Assembly (NCBI GenBank): GCA_040387495.1
Contig: JAZKDQ010000008.1
Coordinates: 1-64,000, forward strand
Reading direction: 5' to 3'
Length of the DNA: 64,000 nt
From: Pseudomonadota bacterium
GTDB taxonomy: Bacteria; Pseudomonadota; Alphaproteobacteria; Paracaedibacterales; CAIOTO01
Part shown: piece by piece, positions 54,755-63,099 of the stretch
Position numbering within the stretch: the stretch's first letter is position 1
Layout of the letters: each line of letters begins with the position of its first letter
Made by a program: the position numbers and the translations under genes
The notes under the pieces: model-generated
The model's input: only the letters and a program-made list of their open reading frames with translations
What the model was told of the DNA's origin: nothing
Databases searched by the model: none

Positions 54755-56212
54755 TTGAAAAAATTTATTCCATTAAGCATTATTCTCTTTTGCTTTCTTT
54801 TTAATTACACAATTTTGAGAGATACAAAAGATACTCTTGTTGTTAATGCTGGCGGAGCCGCATTAATCCCCTTCTTAAGGGGTGTTTCTGGAATGACTCA
54901 AATTGCTTTTGTGATATTATACCTAAAATTAGTAAATATTTTTTCACGTGAAAAATTAATTTATATAATCATTGTGTCATTCATTGTTTTCTTTGGACTT
55001 TTTGGTTTTGTTATTTATCCGAATGTAGATTTATTACATCCTGCAAAGGAAGCAATTACTGCATTACACGCCGTATATCCAGCATGGTATTCCTTCATTG
55101 ATATCTACGCTTATTGGTCATATTCGGTATTCTATGTGCTGGCAGAGCTTTGGGGAGGCATTCTTTACTCGTTTATCTTTTGGGAATTTGCGAATCATAT
55201 TTTTAATTTTTCTGAAGCAAAGCGTTTTTATGGCTTATTTGCTGTTACTGCAAACGTAACATTGATCCTGTCGGGTAGTTTTGTTTATTTCTGTTCAGAA
55301 TCCATTAGAAATTATGTTTTGCCAGGAACTGATGCTTGGCGCGTGTCTATCTATTTGCTGATGAGCGCTGTTGTATCAATGGGGGTAATATCAATTTATG
55401 TTTGTCGCAGTATGTATAAAGGTGTCTTGCCGGATAAGAGTTGTTTTGATTTTCCTGAAAGTATTGTTACGCAAGAAGCGACAATAGATAAGCCATCATT
55501 GATTGAAAGTTTTAAGAGTATTATTAAATCCCCTGAACTTGCGTTGATTGCAATTTTGATTGTGGCTTACGGCGTGGCAATGAATCTAATCGAAGTGCAA
55601 TGGAAGGAACAGCTTAAGATCTTTTTTGCCGGTGACAAAGGTGGATACAATGGCTTTTTGGGAATGTATTCCATGGCTACAGGAACCTACGGCCTTATAT
55701 TTATGATTGTTGGAATTTATATCTTGCGTAAATGTTCATGGTTTACAGCGGCAGTCATAGCGCCTGTTGTTGTTTTGGTTGGCGGCTCACTCTTTTTTAC
55801 ATTTATCGTGTCTAAAGATTTGTTTCAACCATTGTTAGATTCTTTTAATTTAAAGTCCAACGCTATTGCTGTGTTTTTAGGCGCAGGCGTTATTCTTCTC
55901 TCAAAATCCGTAATTAGCACATTATTTGGTCCAACAAAAGAGATGGCATATATTCCGCTTGATCCTGAATTGAAATCAAAGGGTAAGGCTGTTGTTGATC
56001 TGTTGGTTGGTCGCTTTGGTAAAGCTGGCGGTGCACACATTCAAACGGGATTATTGGCGGCATTTGCAACAAAAGATATAATTTCTATTGCGCCATATGC
56101 CTTTGGTATCTTTGCTATTGTTTGCGTTGTTTGGATTTATGCAGTTAAAGGACTTTCTAAGAGAATTGATGCTGCCGTAAAATTGCGTGAAGAAGAGAGC
56201 ACTGCTGCTTAG
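54755..56212 (+). CDS. NTT/TLC family nucleotide transporter, divergent second copy lacking the N-terminal tail
   Basis: colinear with copy 1 from LKKFIPL onward; TTG start with an in-frame stop two codons upstream. Confidence 0.8.
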   Translation: MKKFIPLSIILFCFLFNYTILRDTKDTLVVNAGGAALIPFLRGVSGMTQIAFVILYLKLVNIFSREKLIYIIIVSFIVFFGLFGFVIYPNVDLLHPAKEAITALHAVYPAWYSFIDIYAYWSYSVFYVLAELWGGILYSFIFWEFANHIFNFSEAKRFYGLFAVTANVTLILSGSFVYFCSESIRNYVLPGTDAWRVSIYLLMSAVVSMGVISIYVCRSMYKGVLPDKSCFDFPESIVTQEATIDKPSLIESFKSIIKSPELALIAILIVAYGVAMNLIEVQWKEQLKIFFAGDKGGYNGFLGMYSMATGTYGLIFMIVGIYILRKCSWFTAAVIAPVVVLVGGSLFFTFIVSKDLFQPLLDSFNLKSNAIAVFLGAGVILLSKSVISTLFGPTKEMAYIPLDPELKSKGKAVVDLLVGRFGKAGGAHIQTGLLAAFATKDIISIAPYAFGIFAIVCVVWIYAVKGLSKRIDAAVKLREEESTAA

Positions 56213-56237
56213 CTTATGCTTAAGAAAGTAATGAAAC

Positions 56238-56271
56238 AAAAACAGCCTGACGCAAATCAGGCTGTTTTTTT
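56238..56271. terminator. terminator after NTT copy 2, probably bidirectional with rnpB
   Basis: AAAAACAGCCTGA-CGCAAA-TCAGGCTGTTTTTTT, near-identical to 54600-54634. Confidence 0.85.
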
Positions 56272-56301
56272 GTGTAATACACTTGGAATTAACCTCGAAA
56301 C

Positions 56302-56713
56302 ATAAAGTCGATAAGCCGGGTTTTGTCAACGCAACCTTGCGGTTACTGTGGCTATCATTCATCTAGAGCGGACGTTACCGTACGCCTCAAGCGACCTACC
56401 CGAATAACTCAGATAACAAACAATCTGTCCTTGCGGAACGTTATTCCTATTTGGTCTTGCTCCCGGTGGGGTTTGCCCTGCCACGCCTGTTACCAGCCGC
56501 GCGGTGCGCTCTTACCGCACCATTTCACCCTTACCTTGATGGTCTTTACCGAAGTATGTGCACCATCCTGGCGGTATAATTTCTGTGGCACTTTCCCTAA
56601 ATGGGTTTCGAGAACCACCCGCCGGACGTTATCCGGCACCGTTGTTTGTTCGGAGCCCGGACTTTCCTCTCGTTATTGCTTTTGCAAGCATAACCAGCGA
56701 TAGCCTGACTTCA
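56302..56713 (-). ncRNA. rnpB: RNase P RNA (class A)
   Basis: minus strand GAGGAAAGTCCGGGCTCC, GGAAAGTGCCACAGAAA, GGTAAGAGCGCACCG, GGCAAACCCCACCGGGAGCAAG, ACAAAACCCGGCTTAT. Confidence 0.96.
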
Positions 56714-56978
56714 ATTTATATATAGCACGACCATGGGCAGGATAACAGCAAGATATTGTGTTAACATTATTATGAGCATTCAAAATAAATATTTAAGTTA
56801 CTTGCTTTAATGGTGTGTTTTCTGGTTTTGAAAAAAAATTGACAGAAGTGAAGTATGTGTTTACAAATATAGTATATTATTAATGTACTACATTACCCCT
56901 TAGTTTCTGGAAAAATATTCTGGAAAAGGATGTAATGAGTGCTAATGTTTTTTGATTATATTCTTCTTTTGGTGATGC

Positions 56979-59111
56979 ATGAAATTATACCCAGGTTCTC
57001 CTCAACATTCACGTGAAGAGAAAAAATTAAAAGAAAAACCTAAAAAAGCTGAACGCTCAAGAAAAGCCAAAAAAACCTCAAAAACCTTTTTTTCACGTAT
57101 TATGGGCAAAATGATTTATGCCTTTTTTATGATAGGAGTTTGGGGTGGAATTATTTTAACATTAGCTGTGCTCTGGTTTTCTCAAGATCTGCCGGATCTT
57201 GGTGCTTTGTCCGTTCAATCACGTAAACCGAGTGTAGTTGTCCAAACGCATGATGGTACAATCTTGGGAACGTATGGTGACCTGTATGAAGATATGGTTC
57301 CAGTAGCGGATTTGCCTGCTTATGTCCCACAAGCTCTTATGGCAGTTGAAGATCGCCGTTTTGAGTATCATTTTGGTGTAGATTTTATTGGTCTTATTCG
57401 CGCTGCATACACAAATTATAAAGCTCAGCGAGTCGTGCAAGGGGGATCAACTTTAACGCAACAGCTAGCGAAGAACATTTTGCAAACTCATGGGCTATTT
57501 TCGATTCAAGATAGATCCATGAAACGTAAAATTCAGGAAGTTCTTCTAGCGCTTTGGCTTGAGTGGAAATTCACAAAGCCTCAAATTATGACGATGTATC
57601 TGAACCGTGTTTATTTGGGTTCTGCAACCTATGGTATTGACGCTGCAGCACGTACATATTTTAATAAGTCTGCGCGAAATCTTACTGTTTTTGAAGCTGC
57701 AATTATTGCAGGTCTTTTAAAAGCGCCTTCTAGTTACACGCCTTCGAAAAATCCTAAGAAATCAATAGAACGTGCCACCACTGTGCTTCGCTTGATGCAG
57801 GAAGCTGGGTATATAAAAGAATATGAAAGCCATTTAAGGCAAGGTGAGGTCGACCTTGCAAATATCCAGCTTGCTCAAGGGAAGGGCGGAAAGTATTTTG
57901 CTGATTGGGTGTATGATTCTATACCATCTGTTATCGGTCCAATATCGAAAGACATTGTCGTTATTACGACGCTTGACACAGATATGCAACGTCACGCGGA
58001 AATGGTAACAAAATATTATAATGAAACGATGGGTAAAGAATTAAAAGCTACTCAGATTGCTTTTATTGCAATGTCCCCTGATGGTGCGGTGAAGGCATTG
58101 ATTGGTGGACGAAATTATGCTGAAAGTCAGTATAATCGCGCAACGCAAGCGTTTCGACAGCCTGGATCTGCTTTTAAAACATTCGTGTATTTAGCTGCAA
58201 TGGAAGCAGGCATGACACCACAAACAATGATGAATGACACGCCTTACAACAACGGTAAATATAGCCCTAGCAATTTTAAATATATCTCACAGGGTGAAAC
58301 GAATTTACGAACTGCTTTTACAAAATCGGTTAATAGTATATCGGTTAGAATAACTGAAAAGGTAACACCACTACGTGTCGCAGAAACTGCACAACGTTTG
58401 GGGATTAGCCGTCCATTGCCAAATATGCTTAGTATTGCGCTTGGTGCAGGTGAGACTACGCTTTTAGAATTAACGGCTGCGCATGCAACATTTGCGAATA
58501 AGGGCTATGCCGTTTGGCCTTATAGTATTGTTGAAATTCGTGATAAGGAAGGAAATATTTTATATCAATACACTGAACCACCAAAACAAAGAATCATTGC
58601 AGCAACGCCACTTAGTTCAATGCGAGAATTACTACGAGCAAATATTGAATCAGGCTCTGGCCGTGCGGCAAATATGGACTCTACTGTTGGGGGAAAAACA
58701 GGTAGTAACGGTGATAAAGATGCATTCTTTTTAGGCTATCGTGAAGATTATGGAACATCTGACCAGGGATATGCCAATGTTGTGTTTGGTGCCTGGGTTG
58801 GAAATGATAGTGGTTCTCCAATGGCAAAGATCTCAACCGGAGGCAAAATACCAACTCGTGTTTGTTCGGATTTCTTAAAAGGGCCCAATACAGCTCTGGC
58901 AAATAGTGCAAAGACTGCTCCTGTTGTGCCAACAGCTGTGGCTGAACAAAAATCAGTTGTTGTGAAAGCTAGATCATCAGCCACTGTCTCTGTTAAAAAT
59001 GATAAGCCTGTTATGAAAAGGGAAACTCCACCAAAAATAATAAAAGAAGAAAAAAAATTACAGATAAAAGAGGAAAAACGGCCACAAACATTAGATGATT
59101 TATTTCAATAA
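56979..59111 (+). CDS. class A penicillin-binding protein (transglycosylase/transpeptidase)
   Basis: EDRRF..HFG, GGSTLTQQLAKN, RK.QE, RQPGSAFK (SxxK), SVN, KTG. Confidence 0.92.
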   Translation: MKLYPGSPQHSREEKKLKEKPKKAERSRKAKKTSKTFFSRIMGKMIYAFFMIGVWGGIILTLAVLWFSQDLPDLGALSVQSRKPSVVVQTHDGTILGTYGDLYEDMVPVADLPAYVPQALMAVEDRRFEYHFGVDFIGLIRAAYTNYKAQRVVQGGSTLTQQLAKNILQTHGLFSIQDRSMKRKIQEVLLALWLEWKFTKPQIMTMYLNRVYLGSATYGIDAAARTYFNKSARNLTVFEAAIIAGLLKAPSSYTPSKNPKKSIERATTVLRLMQEAGYIKEYESHLRQGEVDLANIQLAQGKGGKYFADWVYDSIPSVIGPISKDIVVITTLDTDMQRHAEMVTKYYNETMGKELKATQIAFIAMSPDGAVKALIGGRNYAESQYNRATQAFRQPGSAFKTFVYLAAMEAGMTPQTMMNDTPYNNGKYSPSNFKYISQGETNLRTAFTKSVNSISVRITEKVTPLRVAETAQRLGISRPLPNMLSIALGAGETTLLELTAAHATFANKGYAVWPYSIVEIRDKEGNILYQYTEPPKQRIIAATPLSSMRELLRANIESGSGRAANMDSTVGGKTGSNGDKDAFFLGYREDYGTSDQGYANVVFGAWVGNDSGSPMAKISTGGKIPTRVCSDFLKGPNTALANSAKTAPVVPTAVAEQKSVVVKARSSATVSVKNDKPVMKRETPPKIIKEEKKLQIKEEKRPQTLDDLFQ

Positions 59112-59116
59112 AATCT

Positions 59117-59866
59117 TTATGGTTTAATTCCTTCATGGAAAGCAACAATTCCTTGCGACCACGCTGTGCCTTGGACTTTTCCAAAGCCTGTCTCGCACAA
59201 CTCCCGGTTCAACTGTTGTCGATCAGGGAATTTGCGAATACTTTCTGCTAAGTACTGGTAAGCTGACTCATCTTTTGCTATGTGTTTTCCTAGAAAAGGA
59301 AGAACGGAAAAAGAATAGAGATCATATATTTTCTGTAAATGAGGTTGTTCTAATTGGCTAAACTCAAGGCAATAAAAACGTCCACCTGGTTTTAAGACAC
59401 GAAAGGCCTCGCTTAACGCTTTAGTTCGGTCAGCGACATTGCGCAGGCCAAAACTAATTGTATACACATCTACGGAATTATCACCCAAGGGGAGCGTCTC
59501 AGCTTGTCCTGTAACCCATTCAATATTTTTAATAATACCTTGATCGATGGCTTTTCTGCGACCTTCTTCAAGCATGCTTGGTGTTAAATCAATAAGTGTC
59601 GTTCTTAATTTCAAAAAGGGTAGTGTTTTATGCAATAGTATACTGATATCGCCGGTGCCACCAGCTACATCAATAATATGATCGTTTTCACGTAAATGCA
59701 TACGACCAATAAAAGAACGCTTCCACCGTCGGTGTAATCCGACGCTCATGAGGTCATTCATAACATCGTAGTTTGATGAAACACGGCTGAACAGATCTTG
59801 CACAAGGGATGTTTTTTGTGGTCTTGGTATTTGTTTGAAACCAAAATCTGTCCAGTCGGTCGTCAT
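59117..59866 (-). CDS. ubiE: ubiquinone/menaquinone biosynthesis C-methyltransferase
   Basis: YDVMNDLMS.GLHR.WK, DVAGGTGD, FGLRNV, YLAESIRKFP. Confidence 0.95.
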   Translation of the reverse strand: MTTDWTDFGFKQIPRPQKTSLVQDLFSRVSSNYDVMNDLMSVGLHRRWKRSFIGRMHLRENDHIIDVAGGTGDISILLHKTLPFLKLRTTLIDLTPSMLEEGRRKAIDQGIIKNIEWVTGQAETLPLGDNSVDVYTISFGLRNVADRTKALSEAFRVLKPGGRFYCLEFSQLEQPHLQKIYDLYSFSVLPFLGKHIAKDESAYQYLAESIRKFPDRQQLNRELCETGFGKVQGTAWSQGIVAFHEGIKP

Positions 59867-59872
59867 ATTTGA

Positions 59873-60865
59873 TTAGTCCTCGAATGTTTCAATTGTGTCT
59901 TGTTGGTACGTAATTCCAAGTTTTTCTGCAACAACTGGATTCATCTTTGCATGGATCTTTTTTGGCATCTCAACTGGTATTGAGCTTGGTAGTTCATCTA
60001 ATAGAATACGGTGAGCCATTCTTCCTGCTTGTTTACCCAGTTCATACTGATCTGGTCCAAGTGCAGCAAGTGCACCTTTATCAAGACAATCAGTATCGCT
60101 TGTGAAAACAGGGATATTACTTTCATTCGCAACTTTTACAATAACGTCAATTGCGGATAAAGCTGTGTTATCATTATTAATAAAAATTGCTTGTGATTTT
60201 TGTAGTAAATTTTGTGTTGCAGTCATAACATCACTTGTTTTTGTCGCAGCAGTTGTGTGAATTGTAATGTCAAATACATCTGAAACTTCATTCATTTTAT
60301 TGATCATCGAAACTGAATTTGCTTCACCCGGATTATACACAGAGCCTAATTGTTTTAAGTGTGGTATAAGGCGTTTGAAAAATGAAAATTGTTTTGAAAT
60401 GGATATAAAATTACTAACTCCTGTTACATTCTTTCCTGGCTTTTCAAGTGAATCAACAAGTTTTGCTTGCAATGGGTCCGTCACTGAAACGAATATCACA
60501 GGAATTTTATTTTCCTGTGTAGCTTGTTTTGCTGCTTGCGCGACTGTCGTGCCTATGGCGATAATGACGTCTGCCTTTAATCCAATAAACTTTTGCACAA
60601 TTTGTGTTGCTAGTGCTGGATTTCCCTGTGCGGATTCATAATAAACACGCGAATTACTTTTTTCTGTATAACCGTGTTCTTTTAAAATATCCATAATGCC
60701 TGCTCGCGTTTGATCAAGTGCGGGGTGTTCTACTACTTGTAAAATTCCAACAATATACATTCCATCATCCAAAGCTGGCCTGGCGTTTGGAGATGCATAT
60801 CTTTTCCAAGAAATCACTGCAATGACTACCGTGAGAACGACCAGTGTATACGCTTTTATTTTCAT
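59873..60865 (-). CDS. ABC transporter substrate-binding protein (TrpX-like, aromatic amino acid binding family)
   Basis: VEHPALD, AQGN, VTDP, NVTGVS, YNPGEANS, NDNT. Confidence 0.85.
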   Translation of the reverse strand: MKIKAYTLVVLTVVIAVISWKRYASPNARPALDDGMYIVGILQVVEHPALDQTRAGIMDILKEHGYTEKSNSRVYYESAQGNPALATQIVQKFIGLKADVIIAIGTTVAQAAKQATQENKIPVIFVSVTDPLQAKLVDSLEKPGKNVTGVSNFISISKQFSFFKRLIPHLKQLGSVYNPGEANSVSMINKMNEVSDVFDITIHTTAATKTSDVMTATQNLLQKSQAIFINNDNTALSAIDVIVKVANESNIPVFTSDTDCLDKGALAALGPDQYELGKQAGRMAHRILLDELPSSIPVEMPKKIHAKMNPVVAEKLGITYQQDTIETFED

Positions 60866-60912
60866 AATTAATGTTCCTTAGTGATTTGAAATGTTGATTT
60901 GAATTCTTTTTC

Positions 60913-61857
60913 TTAATGCTGGGGAGAGCCCAGCGTCATATGTAACTCAACATTTTTATTCACGTATTCACTTATTTTGACACAATTCTCGATAGGTATT
61001 ACATCGGTTTTCTCTCCGTTTAATAGACGAATAATCATTTTTCCTGCTTGTGTTCCAATAGCATACTGATCGGACGCTACTGCAGCTGTGCACCCACGTT
61101 CTACTGATTCTGGGTCTGAAGAGAAAACAGGAATTTTGTGTTCTTGTGTTATTTTTAAAACTGAAGTCAACGCTGAAATAACAGTGTTATCATTTGGCAA
61201 ATAGATAGCATCAACCTTGTCAATTAAGTATGTTGTTGCTTGATTTACAGCAACAGTGGATGCTGCTGCTGATAGAATGATTTTGCCACCTGACGCTTTA
61301 ATTTCTGCTTCTACCTTTTTAATTTGGCTTAATGAATTAGCTTCACCTGGATTGTAAATAATACCTATGGTCAGCGCTTTCTTTTTGAGGATGCTTTGCA
61401 TTTGATTGATTTGCGCTTTGTATGGGGGAGCGTCTGTTACACCTGTTATAAAAGGGATGTTTAAGCCGTTAGGGGTAGCGAGACGTGCTTCAACAGGATC
61501 TGTTACTGCTACAAAAACAAGAGGAATCTCTTTTGAAAATGCAGCAGCATATACTGTTTGCGCCGATGGTGTTGTAATAGGAACGATAACGCTGGGTTTA
61601 AGGCTTACAAAGCGCTGAGCGATTTGTGTTGCAGTAGCTACATTGCCTTGGGCATTTTGGAAAATGATTTCAACATCCTTATGTTTGCTGGCTTTTATCG
61701 TATCAATTATACCTTCTCTGATACGATCAAGGGATGGATGTGGTGCAATTTGTGTGATAGCCACAACATTTTTCTTATTTGGAGATTTTTTTATAACATA
61801 AAAACTGGTGACAAGAGCAAGCGCAGCAATGCTGGCTATAGCGATTTTTTTAAACAT
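60913..61857 (-). CDS. ABC transporter substrate-binding protein (TrpX-like), paralog
   Basis: HPSLD, NAQGN, TPSAQ, AVTDP, ITGVTD, YNPGEANS, PNDNTV; start placed at MFKKIA. Confidence 0.85.
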   Translation of the reverse strand: MFKKIAIASIAALALVTSFYVIKKSPNKKNVVAITQIAPHPSLDRIREGIIDTIKASKHKDVEIIFQNAQGNVATATQIAQRFVSLKPSVIVPITTPSAQTVYAAAFSKEIPLVFVAVTDPVEARLATPNGLNIPFITGVTDAPPYKAQINQMQSILKKKALTIGIIYNPGEANSLSQIKKVEAEIKASGGKIILSAAASTVAVNQATTYLIDKVDAIYLPNDNTVISALTSVLKITQEHKIPVFSSDPESVERGCTAAVASDQYAIGTQAGKMIIRLLNGEKTDVIPIENCVKISEYVNKNVELHMTLGSPQH

Positions 61858-61904
61858 GATAGGTGCCTTTTTCGAATACATAGATTGACAGATAATGCGA
61901 ACGC

Positions 61905-61955
61905 TTAGTTAGCGTGATGTCGCCATCGCCAATGCTTGTTTTGAAAAAGAATCAT
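61905..61955 (-). promoter_or_regulatory. putative Trp leader peptide / attenuator (MILFQNKHWRWRHHAN)
   Basis: AGGAG (61964-61968) 8 nt before ATG; two TGG codons; hairpin overlapping the Trp codons; ends 47 nt before a TrpX-like gene. Confidence 0.65.
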
Positions 61956-62041
61956 TGATAAAACTCCTAAATTTAATTGAGTATATCAGTTGATAGCAAT
62001 GTGTGTACAGAAAAAAGTGTGCGTACGAATAATAGTGACAA

Positions 62042-62479
62042 TCAGTCTTTTGTATATCTCGTTGTAATCTCGTAATCTTTGTTTGTTCCACTAATTTTAT
62101 AATGTATATCAAAACATTGTTCTGCCTTTACAATCAATGTGCATTTATATATGTCTTGCCCACATAAATGAGTGTGATTTAGGGTGATAGGGTATGATGT
62201 ATGGTTACTCTCAAAATCAAATTTGTGGAGTAAAGAATGATCGCTTTTATAAATAGTGAGAACGTTCATATCGTATGAAAAAATTCGTTTCTGAAAAAAA
62301 TCATAAGCAATTTCGTCAACGGTGTAGGTTCCGTATTCGTGATAGCTTAGGGTATTTTCCGATAATTTTTTAAATGTGGCTGCACCTTTTATATGCAGTG
62401 CTGGCTTTGATATAGAACGCTCAAAATTCCATAATCCAGAAAAATGCTTTAAAAATTCTGCGAATACATTTTGTGCCAA
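62042..62479 (-). CDS. conserved hypothetical protein (DUF6314-like)
   Basis: G.W...R.I, G.ATF, Y.E.G, H.CG.D.Y, GTNKDY.I.T.Y pattern. Confidence 0.65.
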   Translation of the reverse strand: MAQNVFAEFLKHFSGLWNFERSISKPALHIKGAATFKKLSENTLSYHEYGTYTVDEIAYDFFQKRIFSYDMNVLTIYKSDHSLLHKFDFESNHTSYPITLNHTHLCGQDIYKCTLIVKAEQCFDIHYKISGTNKDYEITTRYTKD

Positions 62480-62650
62480 CGTATATAAGTTCTTTTGCTA
62501 TGGAAGATGTTTATTATATAGTACATTTTGCTTTGAATCGTCCAGCATTCACATGTGGAAGCTGTATTATTGATTGTTAACCATTTTAAAGTGGAGTTGC
62601 TTTATGGTATCCTTTTACAAAATCACCAGTTAAACCAGGGGCATCTATTA

Positions 62651-63094
62651 ATGGAACATGAGAAAATTAAAAAGAAGAGTGTGAAAGAAAAATCGGTCAA
62701 AAGCGCGATATCTAAAGCTGCCCAGATTGATGACGTATATGATGCTGTGGTTTCTGAAGAAGATGAGCAGCATGCGCGTGCAAAATTACGTGAATTAAAA
62801 AAGTTTTATACGGATTTGCTGGTTTACGGTGTTGTTTGCGCATGTTCAATTATTGTTTGGCTGTCTATGGGGGCAGGAACGTTTTGGCCTATCTGGGTTA
62901 TTATAGGGTGTGGTATCAATGTAGCGTTAAAAGGTATTTCACTTGGACAAATTCCATTGCTTGAAGAGTTTTTCCCATTTTTAGGAAATTCGTGGGAAGA
63001 ATCTCAGCTTGAAAAGGTTTTGAACCGTTCAAATGATCATGGCGCAACTGAAAATCAACATTCAGATTATGATGTGAATCACAAATCGGATTAG
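62651..63094 (+). CDS. 2TM-domain membrane protein
   Basis: A..KL.ELKKFY..L..Y, FWPIW...G.GI, WEE..LEK; start placed at MEHEK. Confidence 0.7.
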   Translation: MEHEKIKKKSVKEKSVKSAISKAAQIDDVYDAVVSEEDEQHARAKLRELKKFYTDLLVYGVVCACSIIVWLSMGAGTFWPIWVIIGCGINVALKGISLGQIPLLEEFFPFLGNSWEESQLEKVLNRSNDHGATENQHSDYDVNHKSD

Positions 63095-63099
63095 TTTTA

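Noticed and set aside
56323..56703. 126-aa ORF on the plus strand
   Set aside because: Antisense shadow of the RNase P RNA
56750..56960. CtrA boxes upstream of the PBP gene
   Set aside because: Only half sites; no TTAA-N7-TTAA with correct spacing found
61909..62112. 67-aa minus-strand ORF overlapping the SBP leader
   Set aside because: Overlaps the DUF6314-like gene, lacks an SD and is in a different frame from the SD-supported Trp leader peptide
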